A stretch of 64,000 bases of DNA from the human T2T-CHM13v2.0 reference genome, Homo sapiens: NCBI RefSeq assembly GCF_009914755.1, contig NC_060926.1. One strand, 5' to 3'. Both the position numbers and the translations under genes were made by a program. Each line of letters begins with the position of its first letter. Within the stretch, counting starts at the first letter, position 1. Under the pieces are notes generated by a model. That model did not search any database. It was not told the DNA's origin and worked only from the letters and a program-made list of their open reading frames with translations. Positions 19,764-41,429 of the stretch are shown in pieces.

Positions 19764-21272
19764 TGTGTCCGGAATTGGTGGGTTCTTGGTCTCAATGACT
19801 TCAAGAATGAAGCCGTGGACCCTCGCGGTGAGTGTTACAGTTCTTAAAGGCGGCGTGTCCGGAGTTTGTTCCTTCTGATGTTCGGATGTGTTCGGAGTTT
19901 CTTCTTTCCGGTGGGTTCGTGCTCTCGCTGGCTCAGAAGTCAAGCTGCGGACCTTTGTGGTGAGTGTTACAGCTCTTATGGCGGCGCGTCTGGAGTTGTT
20001 CGTTCCTCCCGGTGGGTCTGTGGCCTCGCTGGCTTCAGGAGTGAAGCTGCAGACCTTCGCGACGAGTGTTACAGCTCATAAAGGCAGTGTGGACCCAAAG
20101 AGTGAGCGGCAGCAGGATTTATTGCAAAGAGTGAAAGAACAAAGCTTCCACAGGGTGGAAGAGGACCCCAGCAGGTTGCCACTGCTGACTAGGGCAGCCT
20201 GCTTTTATTCTCTTATCTGGCCCCACCCACATCCTGCTGATTGGTCCATTTTACAGAGAGCCAAGTGGTCTGTTTTGACAGGGTGCTGATTGGTGCAGTT
20301 TACAATCCCTGAGCTAGACACAAAGGTTCTCCACCTCCCCACTAGGTTAGCTAGATACAGAGTGTGGACACAAAGGTTCTCCAAGTCCCTACCAGAGTAG
20401 CTAGATACAGAGTGTCGATTGGTGCATTCACAAACCCTGAGCTAGACACAGGGTGCTGACTGGTGTATTTACAATCCCTTAGCTATACATAAAAGTTCTC
20501 CAAGTCCCCACCAGAGTAGCTAGATACAGAGTGTCCATTTGGTGCATTCACAAACTCTGAGCTAGACACAGGGTGCTGATTGGTGTGTTTACAAACCTTG
20601 AGCTAGATACAGAGTGCCGATTGGTGTATTTACAATCCCTGAGCTAGACATAAAGGTTCTCCAAGTCCCCACCGGACTCAGGAGCCCAGCTGGCTTCACC
20701 CAATGGATCCCGCACCAGGGCGCAGATGGAGCTGCCTGCCAGTCTGGCGCTGCAGTGTGCCCGCACTCCTCAGCCCTTGGGTGGTCGATGGGACTGGGCG
20801 CCGTGGAGCAGGGGGCAGCGCTCGTCGGGGAGGCTCGGGCCACACAGGAGCCCACGGAGGGGGCGGGGGGGAGGCTCAGGCATGGCGGGCTGCATGTCCC
20901 GAGCCCTGCCCCACGGGAAGGCAGCTAAGGCCCGGCGAGAAATTGAGCACAGCAGCTGCTGGCCCAAGTGCTAAGCCTCTCACTGCCGGGGCGGCGGTGC
21001 CGGCCGACCGCTCCGAGTGCGGGGCCCGCGGAGCCCACACCCACCTGGAACTCGCGCCGGCCCGCAAGTACCGCACGCAGCCCGGTTCCCGCTCGTGCCT
21101 CTCCCTCCACACCTCCCCGCAAGCTGAGGGAGCCGGCTCTGGCCTTGGCCAGCCCAGAAAGGGGCTCCAACAGTGCAGTGGCGGGCTGAAGGGCTCCTCA
21201 AGTGCCACCAAATTGGGAGGCGCCGAGAGTGAGCGAGGGCTGTGAGGACTACCAGCACGCTGTCACCTCTCA
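19764..21272 (-). mobile_element. Solo LTR12C (ERV9 LTR)
   Basis: On the minus strand starts TGAGAGGTGACAGCGTGCTGG and ends CCGGACACA; CpG-rich U3; tandem ATTGG repeats; 4-bp TSD AGGA at 19760-19763 and 21273-21276. Confidence 0.95.
20280..20670. promoter_or_regulatory. LTR12 U3 tandem enhancer repeats with CCAAT (NF-Y) and GATA-like motifs
   Basis: Repeated units such as gctagatacagagtg..gattggtgcattcacaaaccctgagctagacaca; ERV9 LTR repeats are known to bind NF-Y and GATA factors. Confidence 0.75.
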
Positions 21273-21373
21273 AGGAGATCGAGACCATCCTGGCTAACAC
21301 GGTGAGAACCCGTCTCTACTGAAAATACAAAAAATTAGCCGGGCGTGGTGGCGGGCGCCTGTAGTACCAGCTA

Positions 21374-21569
<196 letters not shown>

Positions 21570-21700
21570 CTATTCTGAACGTAATTCTGAAAAGAGGCTG
21601 TTAAAAGTTTAAGAAAGTAGAGCTCATAGGCTGAGTGAATTGCCCAAGATCATGTCAAATCCACTGGTCTCCTAGCCCACCACACTTCGTTAAAATGTAG

Positions 21701-21824
21701 TTTTTGAAAAAGATGGGGTCCCACTATGTTGCTCAGGCTGGTCTTGAACTCCTGGGCTGAAGTGATCCTTCTGTGTGAGCCTCCTGAATAGCTGGGACTA
21801 CAGGGCGTGCCACCATGCCCAGCT
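21701..21824 (-). mobile_element. FLAM (Alu monomer)
   Basis: Single-arm Alu-like sequence. Confidence 0.8.
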
Positions 21825-21971
21825 CCACACTGCACTTCTGTGCAACAACCGACTTCCTCTCCATTTAATTTTCAGAATGTCCAATAATGTTATTCTTTTT
21901 TAGATCCTGGATGAAAATACTTTAAGTGAGGATTTACTGTTGGAGAAACTTCTAGAAATTTCCTACTGTCA

Positions 21972-22343
<372 letters not shown>

Positions 22344-22673
22344 TTAAACTATTTGAGAGCCTGAGAACATTATCATTTTGGCCCTAGGGCAACGTGAAAA
22401 TTGTATGCTCTCATGGAAAATGATTTGGTTTTTAGCCTCACATATGTGTATGAGAGTTAAGGACTTTACTTATTTTGGAAGTTGTGGATGATATATCACT
22501 TATTTGAAAGGTGGTAAGAATTGTTCAAACTGACCAAGGAGTATCTGGGGGCAATTTAGGAAATTAATACTAAAGTATGAATTGCACAAACTTCTATATC
22601 ATTTTGGTTATAGAGACTGTTTTTCCCTTTTCTGGCTACTTCTCAGTTTAATTCATAAAAAATAATAATTAAG

Positions 22674-22971
22674 GGCCGAGTGTGGTGGCTCACACCAGTA
22701 GTGCCTTCCAGCCCTTTGGGAGGCCGAGTAGGGCGGATCACAAGGTCAGGAGTTCGACACCAGCCTGACCAACACAGTGAAACTCTGTGTCTTCTAAAAA
22801 TACACAATTACCCAGGCATGGTGGCGGATGCTTGTAATCTCAGCTATTTGGGAGGCTGAGGCAGGAGAATCGCTTGAACCCAGGAGGCAGAGGTTGCAGT
22901 GATCCGAATTGTGCCACTGGACTCCAGCCTGGGTGACAGTGCGAGACTTGCCTCAAAAAAAAAAAAAAAAA
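22674..22971 (+). mobile_element. AluS
   Basis: Alu consensus. Confidence 0.92.
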
Positions 22972-23432
22972 GTTCCTCTTTCTACACTTTTCATTTTTAA
23001 AAACATTTTTTCCTTCATTCTTCTCTGCCATAAATTTTTTTCTACTTCTCACTACTGAGTTACATATGTTTTCATTAAATCTCAGCATTTGGCATGAGAT
23101 TGTTTACATCAAATCCACTTGATTATTTTTTAGAAATTGATAATTATTCTTTTTCAGTAATGACAAGAATGCAGCAAAAACACATACTCCTAATATAACC
23201 AGTGTATCCCCATAATTGGAATAAGTTCTATTCTGAAATATCATCTATTGAGAACTATGCCCTCAATAGCACATTTTCTAGAACTGTAAATAATAGAATC
23301 TTAGAATGTTAGCCATGGAAGAGGCCTAATTTTGCACAGAGGAAAAAAAAAGTCTAGGGATCTTTGTGCAAATTGGTTCCTTTCATCAGTCAGCAATCTG
23401 ACTCTCATAACCTAAAGAAAATGATGTTTCTT

Positions 23433-23713
<281 letters not shown>

Positions 23714-24137
23714 TTATATTATTGATTAAATGAGTCCATAATTCCTACTTCCTTAGTGGAAGTGGTTTTGGAGGTGTGTATTATAATGCATGCAAAGTTG
23801 GGAATGCTTTTTGGATTCTCTTGTTATTTAATTTGTAAACATAGAATCACTGGTAAAGAAAGAAGAAAAGGAGAACAAAAGTATAGCATATTTCTTCCAG
23901 CTACTTGGGCTCTTTGGCCTGAAGCCAGGTTACAAATTAGCAGTATCATGTTAGAAAGTCCCCTAAAGTTAGCGATATTCCTTGTTGCCTCTAGAGTAGA
24001 CTCAAAAAGAATAGACCTATGATTTTCTCTGCTGGAATATACTTCTTATGCTACATGGAACTTTTGGCTCTTTTTGACTGTTTCTCTACATTGAGCAAGA
24101 TAGTCAAGTCCAACTTCATGTTCATAAGATTTGACAT

Positions 24138-25135
24138 TGACGCAAGATTTTTCTCAGACACTTTGCCACCTGGAGACCTCTAGCCAGCCATGCCCCTGCC
24201 TGGGCCTTGCTAGGCCTGGGCTGGCAACAAGCGGTGCCCCGCCCACTCAGCCAACCGGGCTGTACCTGGCTTGTACTCCAGCATGGATCCCGTGGTCACT
24301 GCAACTGTGCACTCAGCCCCTGGTGGGAGGAGGGTGTGTGAGCAAGCGAGTGCAGGCCTGGCCAGCTGCTCCAAGTGCCGACACAAGAGTGGGCTCTGTG
24401 CAGGGCTTGTGGCTGGACCAGGTGTTTTGCAAGCAAACTCCTGTGGTGGAGTCCAGTGTCCTGATGAGGGGAACATGGTGGTGCCCAAACAAGGAAGGCC
24501 GCAATCCCAAAGCCCCAGAGAGGGTGTTATGGCATGCTAACACCTCTTGTAGTCCTGCAGTCTGCAGCCAGATGAACCGGGTCCAAGGTTCTGGGCCTGG
24601 CCTGCTCCACCACTGCTTCCTGTCATGTGGGGGCGGCCACAGGGTGCTGGTGGGCTACACTGTTACTGCCTTCTTCGTGCTGGTGTTCACTGGGGTCCCA
24701 AGTTCTTGTCCTGTGTCCAAGAAGAATGAGATCAGACTGACAATCAACTGGTAAGAAGGGTGGAGAAGAGTTTTATTAAGTGACGAAATCGCTCTCAGGG
24801 AGGGGAGCTGCAAGGGTGGTTCCGCCACCCAAAGTCGGTGGTCTCTCTTAGTGTGGCTCAGTCTGGTGTTTTTATTGGCACAGGATGGGGGAGGGGCGGG
24901 CCATAGGTAGTATTGGAAAAGGTAACATTCAATTGATTAAAAGGCATTATTTGGAAAGAACGAATTGGAAAAGTGTGGGCAAACAGGAATAGAAATTCTC
25001 ACTCTGGGTCATCAGTTTCATCTGGAACCAGCAGCCTGGTCTTTCAGGCTTCAGGCTGTTTTTGGCTTGAAGGTGCGGTTTCACCGGGGGCCCGCCCCAT
25101 CTGCCTAGGTATTTTTCTGCCTCCTGCCTCTATCA
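24138..25135 (-). mobile_element. Solo ERV1 LTR, MER52-like
   Basis: Minus strand starts TGATAGAGGCAGGAGGCAGAAAAATACCTAGGCAGA and ends CA; 4-bp TSD ACAT at 24134-24137 and 25136-25139. Confidence 0.85.
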
Positions 25136-25334
25136 ACATGGTTATGATTTTCTGATTATGACAGATCCACAAAGTAAATTCAAATCTATTATCTGATGAA
25201 TAAAAGGTTTTGTTCAAAGTGAGTTACTACTACTTCAATAGAAATATATTTTGAAATATTATTTCTGGAACATATAATTTTATAATATTTAACTCTAAAA
25301 GGAGCTACATTTCCTTCTCTTCCCAAAATAATGG

Positions 25335-25800
25335 TTTTCTTGTTTTTCTTTTCTGATTACCAAAATAATAAATTGATGCATAAAATTCAAGAAACAGAAA
25401 AGTATTAAGAAATAAAGTTATCCTAATTCCCAATGTTGACATGTTCAAAAACATCCTTCTTGATATCTTTCTATGCATTTATTTTATCCACGATATATGT
25501 GCATGTGTGTGTATGTGTGTATATATGTATACATATATATTTTTAATGTAAATGATATCATATTCTTTTGTAGTTTGCTTTTATTCAACAATCTGCCATG
25601 GAGATTTTCTTTCCTTTAATGAGTGTTAAATTCTTTTTGGCAACTGCAGAGCAACCCATTGTATGGATGTGCCAGAATTTAATTAATCCCCAACTGATGG
25701 ACATTAGGTTATTTCCAGTTTATTATTAAATAAGCAAGGGCTGAGTTAACACTTTACCCCAAGAGCTTATCAGTAAAGTAGATAAATTCCTAGGAGTCTG
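25335..25800 (-). mobile_element. Ancient L1ME fragment
   Basis: ccattgtatggatgtgccagaatttaattaatcccc..ctgatggacattaggttatttccag. Confidence 0.6.
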
Positions 25801-26409
25801 ATTCATGTTACTGATTTGCTTTTCCAAAACTGGCTTGCTTTCTAAAACCTTATTTTATATATAAATATTTATATACATGTATATATGTAATATATATATT
25901 TTACCAGCTTTCATTGCTACTAATAATATCTGAGAGTATAGAAGGAGATTTTTCAGTTCACTGACTTGAAAGTCTTCAAATATTCAGAATTACTATGCAT
26001 TAATTTTGGCAAACAGGTGTCAAATGTTCTTAATGAGTAGGTTAAATGAATGTGGTAGTAATGATCAGAAGGCAAAACGAGTCTATCCAACTGTTTGTCA
26101 AGTAGTCAGAAAAAATCTCTTTTTTCTTTATGCCCCTACACACAATACTTTGGGTATACCTCTATTGGAGCACTTTTAAAATTTTGACTTATATTCTTAG
26201 GTGTCTTTCCAGTTAATGTTAGCTCTCTGAAGACAGGAACTGCGCTGCAATCCTGCAACGATCTCATACAGTGTGTTTGTCCCTTAATAAACTTTGTGGA
26301 TGAATAAATAGCCACAAAATTTTCCATTTGCTTCTCCTGCATTTAGAAGCATCCACTTCCCTCTCTTCCCTTTGCTTTTGAAATATAAGTGTAATATTTG
26401 CCCAGGGTA

Positions 26410-26660
26410 AACAGACTTGGAGCTTGGGAGACAGCATTGTGTAATGGATGTTAATTTGGCCTGATTTCACTCTTGGCTCTCTGATTTGTTAGATCTATGA
26501 ACCTGGGCAAGTTGCTTAAGTCCTAGTTTTCTCTTCTGTAAAATGAAGATAATAGATTCTACTTCAAAAAGTGTTGTATGGATTAAAGGAGATCACATTT
26601 TAAAGCCTTTAGCAAGGTGCCTACTATAATACTTGATGAAGGATAGCTATAACGATTGCT
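26410..26660 (+). mobile_element. MIR
   Basis: acctgggcaagttgcttaag..tttctcttctgtaaaatgaagataata..ggattaaaggagat. Confidence 0.8.
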
Positions 26661-26683
26661 GTTTCCTCAAAGGTACAGATATC

Positions 26684-26686
<3 letters not shown>

Positions 26687-26738
<52 letters not shown>
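26687..26738. repeat. (TA)n microsatellite
   Basis: About 25 uninterrupted TA units. Confidence 0.97.
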
Positions 26739-26743
<5 letters not shown>

Positions 26744-27257
26744 CATGTATATATGTCATTGGCTATTTCTTGCCTTCCATTCTAGTGGACACAACAACTT
26801 CTGGGTTGAAGGCAAAAAGAACCTAAAAGTTAATAGAGATTAGGGGCTTAGGCTCTCAGTAAAATCAATTTGGAACATATGTCAGTTGATAAAAATTAGA
26901 TTTTTATGACGTTTTCAAAACAAATGCTTGGAGTATTGAAATAGGGGAAGAGTAGGATTGGGCTAGGTAGTAGTAACCATAAGAGTGTTTTATTAGGGTA
27001 AAAAAAAAATAACTGTAGGCCCTATCTAGCCTAAAGCACCACATTATACAATTCCAGGGAATAAAAAAACAAAAATAAAAATGTAAAAGTTGAACTACAG
27101 TGACCTTTGTTCTTTTCTAACTAGCAACCAACTTTTCATAATGACAGCCTACTTGAGTCTTTTTGCACTAGGGTTATTATTAGTTTTTACCAGGCTTACC
27201 TTTCTGCACTTGAGCATATGTACCTGAGCTTATTTTCCATGTAACAGTTGAGTCTTA

Positions 27258-27713
<456 letters not shown>

Positions 27714-28210
27714 TTAAAAAGATGAGCAAAACATTTACTTCGTGGAACTTAGTGAATATCCTCTTCTCTGTAAGCAAAAATACACTTCTCCCCATTCCTC
27801 TAAGGATGCCAGATCCTGATTCATTTTCTGTTCAAGACTCAGCAGAAACACAATGCTCCATTTTATAGAGGGTTATTGCAACACAATGACGGCACTATAA
27901 TTTCTGTCAGGGTGAAGTGCTTCACTTGGCTTTGGGCCAGTGAAACTCAGTGTTGTTTAGCCCTTCTGTAATTTTGGACACAGGCAAATACCTTCATGTT
28001 TATGCATTCTGTATGCTTTTAGGAAGCATTTTTAAAATGTGGTTTTAACAGCATCTCATTAGAAGCAGCAGTTGGATTTTCCATGTGACCAGATTTCTTA
28101 TCCCTGGTGTGAACATTTAGTTTTTAAGGCATTGCAAATGAAAGCACCACCCACTTCTGAGGCCAAAGCAGTCGTAAAACCCCTTTGTCAAAGGAAACCT
28201 GTAATTGTAA

Positions 28211-28600
<390 letters not shown>

Positions 28601-29179
28601 CCAGTGTGTGGTCATTCTTAATGTTGTTTTGAAGAAGTTATAGACAGTTAAGGAAACATCTTAGAGAACTGGCCAAGCTCTAAAGCTAGGCACATTTCAT
28701 ATTTTTGTCTATTTAATAAAAAAGGACAAGACTGTTTTCCCGGAAGCCTCCTGGTCCGACTCCCAATACCTGCCTGTGGATAGCACTGTGGACTTTTGTC
28801 CCAGAAGACTAGTGTCTGGATAAATGTTTTGTAAGCCTTACTTCCTGGATGGGAGCCAACTGATTGCTTACACGTGATACTCATCTCCCCATGAACAGTC
28901 ATGGTGGCTGCTGTGTACTGGAGTCCTGCAGCTGTAAAGGGGACACGCTAGAAGGAGAGAAGGGAACAGTCCTTTGCAGGAGCACAGCTGTGTAGCAGGC
29001 CTTTGATCCAACAGCAAAACCAAGCCTAGCAAGTTAGTTATCTCATTCCTTTTTAGCAATATGACATGACGAACATGCTGCAATGACTTCCAAATACTTC
29101 CCTCCTTTTTGCTTAGATTGGGGGTAGAATGAGGATAGAAAATGAGAGGTCTAGGGAAAAACAAAGTATTTGTGTATTC

Positions 29180-29452
29180 AGACATTTATTGACTCTAAAT
29201 GCAAACATTTACTAAGTCCTCTCTGCAGGCCAGGTACTGTGCTCAATGTTTTACATGAGTTCTCTCTCTCAATTCTTACCATAACCACCAAGTAGATAAA
29301 TCCCAACTTCTGTTTAGCAGTTGAGGAAATTGAGCCTTTGGGGAGGTTAAGAAACTTGCCCAAGGTAACATAGTAGTAAGAGGCAAAGCTGGGACTCTAT
29401 CCTGATGCGATGCCAAGCCTATGCTCTTAACCACTGTGCTATACTGCCTCCC
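29180..29452 (-). mobile_element. MIR
   Basis: ccaggtactgtgctcaatgttttacatg..gaggttaagaaacttgcccaaggtaaca..ctcttaaccactgtgctatactgcctc. Confidence 0.88.
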
Positions 29453-30265
29453 TGTGTTAGAATATCTTTTATCTTTTATCCCCAGCACTGTGGAAGAGAA
29501 GTAGAAGATAACAAACCTGCTACATGGTAGATGCCTGGAGATAATATTATGTATGTTTGCCATTATATTATATTCTTATGTTAGGGTACACTAAATTGCT
29601 ATGTTCTATTTGAAACAACCAGGAAACCTAACTGGGCTCAAGCAAATGTAATTCAAGCTGTTTGATCTCTAAAATATGATTATAATGATCTCTTCTTATT
29701 GGCCTCTCTGTCTGTCCCTGGCTTTCTGAAGAGATCTTTTGTTTTGTATGTACAGTTGTTACTGAGAAATACCAGCTGCAGGGGAACAATTCATGACATT
29801 ACCTTCTCCCCAGCATTTTCCCTCCCCACAACCCCCGGTCCTGGAGAGTGCTGTTATTTTGAATGAATATGATTGACAGAGATGGGAAGGTCTCACTTTT
29901 GTTTATCTTATAAAATTTACTGAAGCCAAAACTTCTCCAAAAGAGGTCCCAGCATTTTCCTTTGGTTCAGACACAAACCTTCAGAGGAAAATAAATGCTC
30001 CGGTGAAACATAGTTGAAAGACAGAGAGGCAGAAGGAGGAGTAACACTTTTAGGAGTTTCAAGCACTGTGATAGCCATTGACTTTTATTTTTGGAATCCT
30101 GAGGGATAGTTACATCTCAAAGCACAAACTAAAGATAATTCCCGAGATTATTGAATGTCCTCTGATAGAGACATCAGATTTCAGGTTGGTCTAATTTTCT
30201 TTGACTACTTATTTCTGAAAATTGTCTGTGGAATACGGAGTCCATCCTTAAATTAAGCTTTCCCT

Positions 30266-30517
30266 GGCTGGGCGTGGTGGCTCACACCTGTAATCCTAGC
30301 ACTTTGGGAGGCCAAGGCGGGTGTATCACTTGAGGTCAGGAGTTCGAAACCAGCCTGGCCAACATGGTGAAACCCCATCCCCACTAAAAATACAAAAAAA
30401 TTAGCTGGGTGTGGTGGCTTGAACCTGGGAGGCAGAGGTTTCAGTGAGCCAAGATCGCGCACTGCACTCCAGCCTAGGGTGATAGAGCAAGAGTCTGTTT
30501 CAAAAAAAAAAAAAAAA
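30266..30517 (+). mobile_element. AluS with a right-arm deletion
   Basis: gtggtggcttgaacctgg junction. Confidence 0.92.
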
Positions 30518-30871
30518 TTAGGCCTTCCCCTAATTCCATATTCTGTGTGAGGGAGTTCCCTTAGGTAACCTAAATCAGAATAAATCTGTATATATTCCTC
30601 TGGTCTTCCATACAAGTATAAAGCTTTCTGCCATACTAGAGGCTCGCAATCTCCTGTGTTTGTAGCACACTTTCAAGTGCTGTAAGTATTGGCAACACAC
30701 ATAGGGGCTTAAAGGAATTGAAACTACACCACCATGTTCAGTATGATATATGATAAAACAGTATCTTATGGTATCCATACAAGTACATACAGCAAAGGTA
30801 CAGCTCTTATGCTTCCCTTTCCACGCCACATCTAGGTTTGAGGACTGCTCAGTTTACTGCCTTTACCTTGA

Positions 30872-31140
<269 letters not shown>

Positions 31141-31380
31141 GATGTTTTCTTTTATGTTTGGGGAACAGTGTTTCCATGTTTTGGAAAACATGTAATTGTT
31201 CTTTGCTGCAATCTGTCATTACGCCACAACTTTTACTTTTTGCAGAATGCATCTTGATAGACCTCAGTGTAACCATATGTATACTCAGTTGCAGCAAAAA
31301 TAGATTTTACAAAATTTATTTTACCAAACAAATGGAGTGCCATAGCATACTGCTGGAAAACCACTGTCTTATATACCTGA

Positions 31381-31698
<318 letters not shown>

Positions 31699-31992
31699 GG
31701 AAGAACAGAATGAAAAAATTGGAACAGCATCGGAGGGTCCTTGCCCAGTGGCCCTACACTGGCATCTGAAAGCAGAGCTTTGCCCTTCTCCTTGTGGGAT
31801 GACAATGCGAGGCTGCTTTTCCAGTTAGTGCCACTTAGAGTTGGCTGCTCTGGGAGACGTATGGACATGAGGTTGCTTGGTGAAGCCTGGATAATGTGCC
31901 AGAATGTCAGTGGGTTCTTATAGTTTGATGATGTAGAGGTGTGGATATGCGGAGAATAACATTATATATATACTTAAAAGTTAGCACTTGTA

Positions 31993-32315
<323 letters not shown>

Positions 32316-32684
32316 TTAAAAGCTCAGGTTTGCAAGTGTCTGCCTTGCATTTAGAGAAGCTTGTGGTATTATCGCTCCGTGTTCGGAATTACCCAAGTGA
32401 TTCCAGGAAGATTAGGCAAGTTTATTTTATTATCATGCACATTAATTTAGGAATTTGGCTGGAAACTTTATTTCCCTTTTTCTTAAAGCAAATATCTAAA
32501 GTTGATCCTTTTTAAATACTACAGCATTCATTTTCCTCAAGTTTCTTAGTATCATAGGCAAATGTAAATCCTGGGTAGTTTGGAGAAATGAATCAAAAAG
32601 AAGGAATGAATAAAACGCAACAAATTTCATTCAGAATAAGCCTGTGCCTAATGCTTACGTGCAGTGTGGGTAGGGCATAGCTAC

Positions 32685-33790
<1,106 letters not shown>

Positions 33791-34563
33791 ACCAGAGAAA
33801 GGCTATTTCCCTGGGCCTTTCTAGATGAGAACTGTGGGTGGGATTGTGGAGATAGGAATGAGGGCACAGGGAGACAGGCTATGCATAGAATGGGGATTTC
33901 GGTGGGTTGTTTCTTGGTGCATAATTATAAACTGTTTTGCTGTCAGCTACATATTTGGTGTCCTTAGTCTGTAATGATGTTTGGGAAGCCTCAAACCAAA
34001 CCAAAGCATTTCCTCTGCCATCATGGGGGCCGTTTTAATTGCTCCAGTAGAGAGAAAAATCTTTGTTTAAACAATTGGAAGACAGGCCAAGAAGCTTGAA
34101 GTCTTTTTTATGGAAGAGGGAGGGCCAGTTTGAAATTTGCAAAATTCGGAAAGACTGGGGAAAAAACCCACATATTTGTTCACCTTCCCTTTCAACATTA
34201 GAATTAGCCCAGCTAAGCTTAAAGGAGGTGGTGTTTAGGCAGTGAACAGGCATTACTGTTTTACACAGCAGGTAATAAATAGATAGAACTCTGTACTCCA
34301 AGGATGATATAGATTGAAAATATAAATGTACTTGATAAGTGTTTAGAAAACTTGCAGCTAGTATATATAATAAATTATTGTATAAACTAGGGATTCAGTT
34401 ATACTCTACCAAAATTTATTGAATGTGTACTTTGGGTATATTATTATGCTAACTGCTATGGCAGATATAGTAATGAATAAAATACAGTCCTGTTGCTCAA
34501 GAGTTTCTAATCAATAGGAATGACAACATGCCTCTAAGTATAAAAATTCAGACTCCTCTACAC

Positions 34564-35608
<1,045 letters not shown>

Positions 35609-35850
35609 CCCTATGTACTTTATACTTCAGGCAACTGAGTTACCTGAATTCCTGAAATGGAACATGGTTTCTCATGCCTTTCCATATGTGATGTTTTACT
35701 TCTGAAATGTTCTTCACGCCTATCTCTGTCTGGACAACTGTTCTTTCTTCAATTCCAGTGTTGCTCCTCTGGAAAGTCATCCTGACACCCCAGGCTGGGT
35801 TCAGTGCCCCTTCCCTGTATCTGTAGCACAGAAGGCACACATGGTTACAA

Positions 35851-36149
35851 TTTTTTTTTTTTTTTTTTGAGACAGAGTCTTGCTCTGTCACCCAGGCTGG
35901 AGTGCAATGGCATGTCTTGGCTTACTGTAACCTCCGCCTCCCGGGTTCAAGCGATTCTCCTGCCGCAGCCTCCCAAGTAGCTGGGATTGCAGGTGCCTGC
36001 CACCATGCACAGCTAATTTTTGTATTTTTAGTAGAGACAGGGTTTTGCCATGTTGCCCAGGCTGGTCTCGAACTCCTGACCTCAGGTGATCCGCCTGCCT
36101 CGGCCTCCCAAAGTGCTGGGATTATAGGCATGAGCCACCGCACCTGGCC
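35851..36149 (-). mobile_element. AluS
   Basis: Alu consensus. Confidence 0.95.
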
Positions 36150-36309
36150 ACGGTTATAATTTAGTATGCTAAGCATTCTCTATCCCCAAGAAGCAGAAGT
36201 TCCCGAAAAACAGGGACTGTGTATTCTCTACATCCTGAATACAAGGTTTGACGCAACATAGACTCTCCACACACATTTGCAAGTTTGCAAAGACATTTCT
36301 TTACCTTAA

Positions 36310-38200
<1,891 letters not shown>

Positions 38201-38574
38201 GGGATATTTATTTTTTGCCATTATGGGGAACAACGATAGCTTCACACAGGCTATGTTTGGGCTGTACTTAGAGACAAAATATCACACTAGATGATCAGCC
38301 ACTTGACATGGTATGGCAATTATAATTTTCAAACTGCCTATTTTAGAGGTCATATTTAAAAGAGGAAATGCAAGTATATTAGTCTCTTCAATAACCTACT
38401 TGTCTATATGACCAAGAAATGTTAAACTGCTAAGTGGTAAAAATCAAATGTTTGTTCATGGTTTTCTAAAGAGTGGGAAATCAAGCAGATGATATTTATC
38501 GAATGCTTGCTTATCTATCAACAACCAGTTTTTTAATGTCTGCAAACATTGAGGGTAATGGAAATGAATAGTAA

Positions 38575-38944
<370 letters not shown>

Positions 38945-39745
38945 TAGAAGAACGTTTCACAAGCAGTTTCAAAAGTAGACCCATAACTGTGTATATAAAT
39001 ATCTACTTGCTCATATAATTAAGGCTGCAGCAAATACATGCCCATGAAAATATTTGTATTAAATTGGTAGAAATTTATAAATAATTAAAAAAATTGTTCA
39101 TAAAATTCTGCTAAATGCAGTTCATGCTTTTATGACAAAAAAAGAATCTCAAGAATTGATCTTTGAACCAAGTCTTTATATAAGGAGCAGTTGAAATGAG
39201 GTTTCTCATTGCTATGCTTGCTTGGTTTAAGGTAATTTTAATACTCTTGAGTCTGCCCTAGAAAATGTTTTATTAAAATATTTGGGTGGCCTATTATATT
39301 TTTGACTGAGGATGCCAAGATGTGGATGAAAAAAGTCTAAGGACAAACAAGGCTGTGGCAGGTGGTTGCATATTCTTGAGTTGCTTTCATGTCTTGGCAG
39401 GAAGTGAACCACCATTCCGCACACATTCTTTGCCTCTTTTCCTTCTGCCCCTGTGCAGACTGTTGATGATGTTCTCTAAGGAGAGGCTGGGATGTTGAGG
39501 GTGCTTCTCAGAAGGAAGCCTGCTTTGATCTCTGCTGGACGGACAAGTGACCCTGATCTCTTGGGTCATGTCTCTCTTTGAGGATCCCCAGTTCATATTG
39601 GTGTTTGGACAAGGAAAAAACACTGTCCCTGCACTCCCAACTGTGGGGGCCTTGGCTGCATGGCCCAATCCATCAAGATTCCAACACACCCTACTGAAGA
39701 GGAAGCCTTACAAATCTGAACTTTGGTTTAGGCAACTAGGAATCA

Positions 39746-39777
<32 letters not shown>

Positions 39778-39944
39778 GTGAAACACTTGCCCTTTTTACA
39801 AAACGCCTCAAGAAAAATACTTTTAATACTGGAGCCCTATAAACTTAAGAAAATTTGATTTTTTTGATGAGGAAATACCTTGATACCTAAAACAGAGGAT
39901 ACAAGTAACCCTCCCTCCCTAAATATTGTTATTTAATCTATTTA

Positions 39945-40528
<584 letters not shown>

Positions 40529-41429
40529 TCAAAAAGAAAAATGGTGTCACTCAAATTTGTCCCTCTTATTCCTATTTTCTATAAGAGTTGATACTGAAAC
40601 TAAGTCAGGAGCAGGGGGCTTCCCATTATTTTCTGAAGGTTCCAAGGCCTGGGCTCTGTTTCCTCTATCTCTTTTTGGCCCTCTGAATCCTGCAGGCAAC
40701 TCAGACCACTAAGCCCTTTCTCTCCATTCCTGTGTACAGGGGGGCAAGACCTTAATTACAAACCACACATTCATATATTCTCATAGAGTATGGTTGCTAA
40801 TAATCTAAATCCTAGTGGTTTATTTCACCCTGGAAGTTCTAATGGCTTTGGGGAGTGGATTCTTGGTATTTTGATTTTTTTTTGGTATAACTGTTTATGT
40901 ATATGTGTTCACACATATCTATTTGAGTGACCATATGGTTCCTTAAGTACTTAGTGATTGTCATCTTCAGATAAAGCCCCAGCACTTTAACATGCCTGGA
41001 ATCCTCTTTCCCTTATTCTTTGTCTGGTTGACACTTCCTCTCTTTATGGGTTCAGCTCAGCATTAATCATTTACAGCAAATGTCTGAGGCCCCAGAATGT
41101 ATACAGGGCTCTCATCTCTCCTCCTGAATCACTTAGCATATTATAATAAAATTATTCACTGATTCATTGGTTCAGCAAATATTTATTGAGCACCTACACT
41201 TATTAACCTAGCACTATAAGCTCCAACAGGTCAGGCTTCTCTGCTAAAAAATAGACCTCCATAAATATTTGTTCAACTAAAATAGATATATATTATTTTT
41301 AGTTTTAGGGGAAAGGCTTAATTGGTTGCGATGAATGTAATTGCTGTTAGAGAAGCAGTGTGATGTGAAAGAGAGAGAAAAAAAGACCTTACTGGAGTTA
41401 CAATCAGAATAACTTGTTATAGGTGCTGG

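Noticed and set aside
20280-20670. Regular repeats superficially like a CRISPR array
   Set aside because: No unique spacers, eukaryotic context; these are ERV9 U3 tandem repeats.
19758-21300. Cluster of long GC-rich ORFs resembling a CpG-island gene start
   Set aside because: Entirely within the LTR12C solo LTR; high GC content explains the lack of stops.
24131-24754. 207-aa ORF
   Set aside because: Lies inside the MER52-like LTR and has no recognisable domain.
28730-28880. ETS (CCGGAAG, CTTCCTG) and E-box (CACGTG) motif cluster
   Set aside because: Short motifs are expected by chance and there is no chromatin evidence in the sequence.
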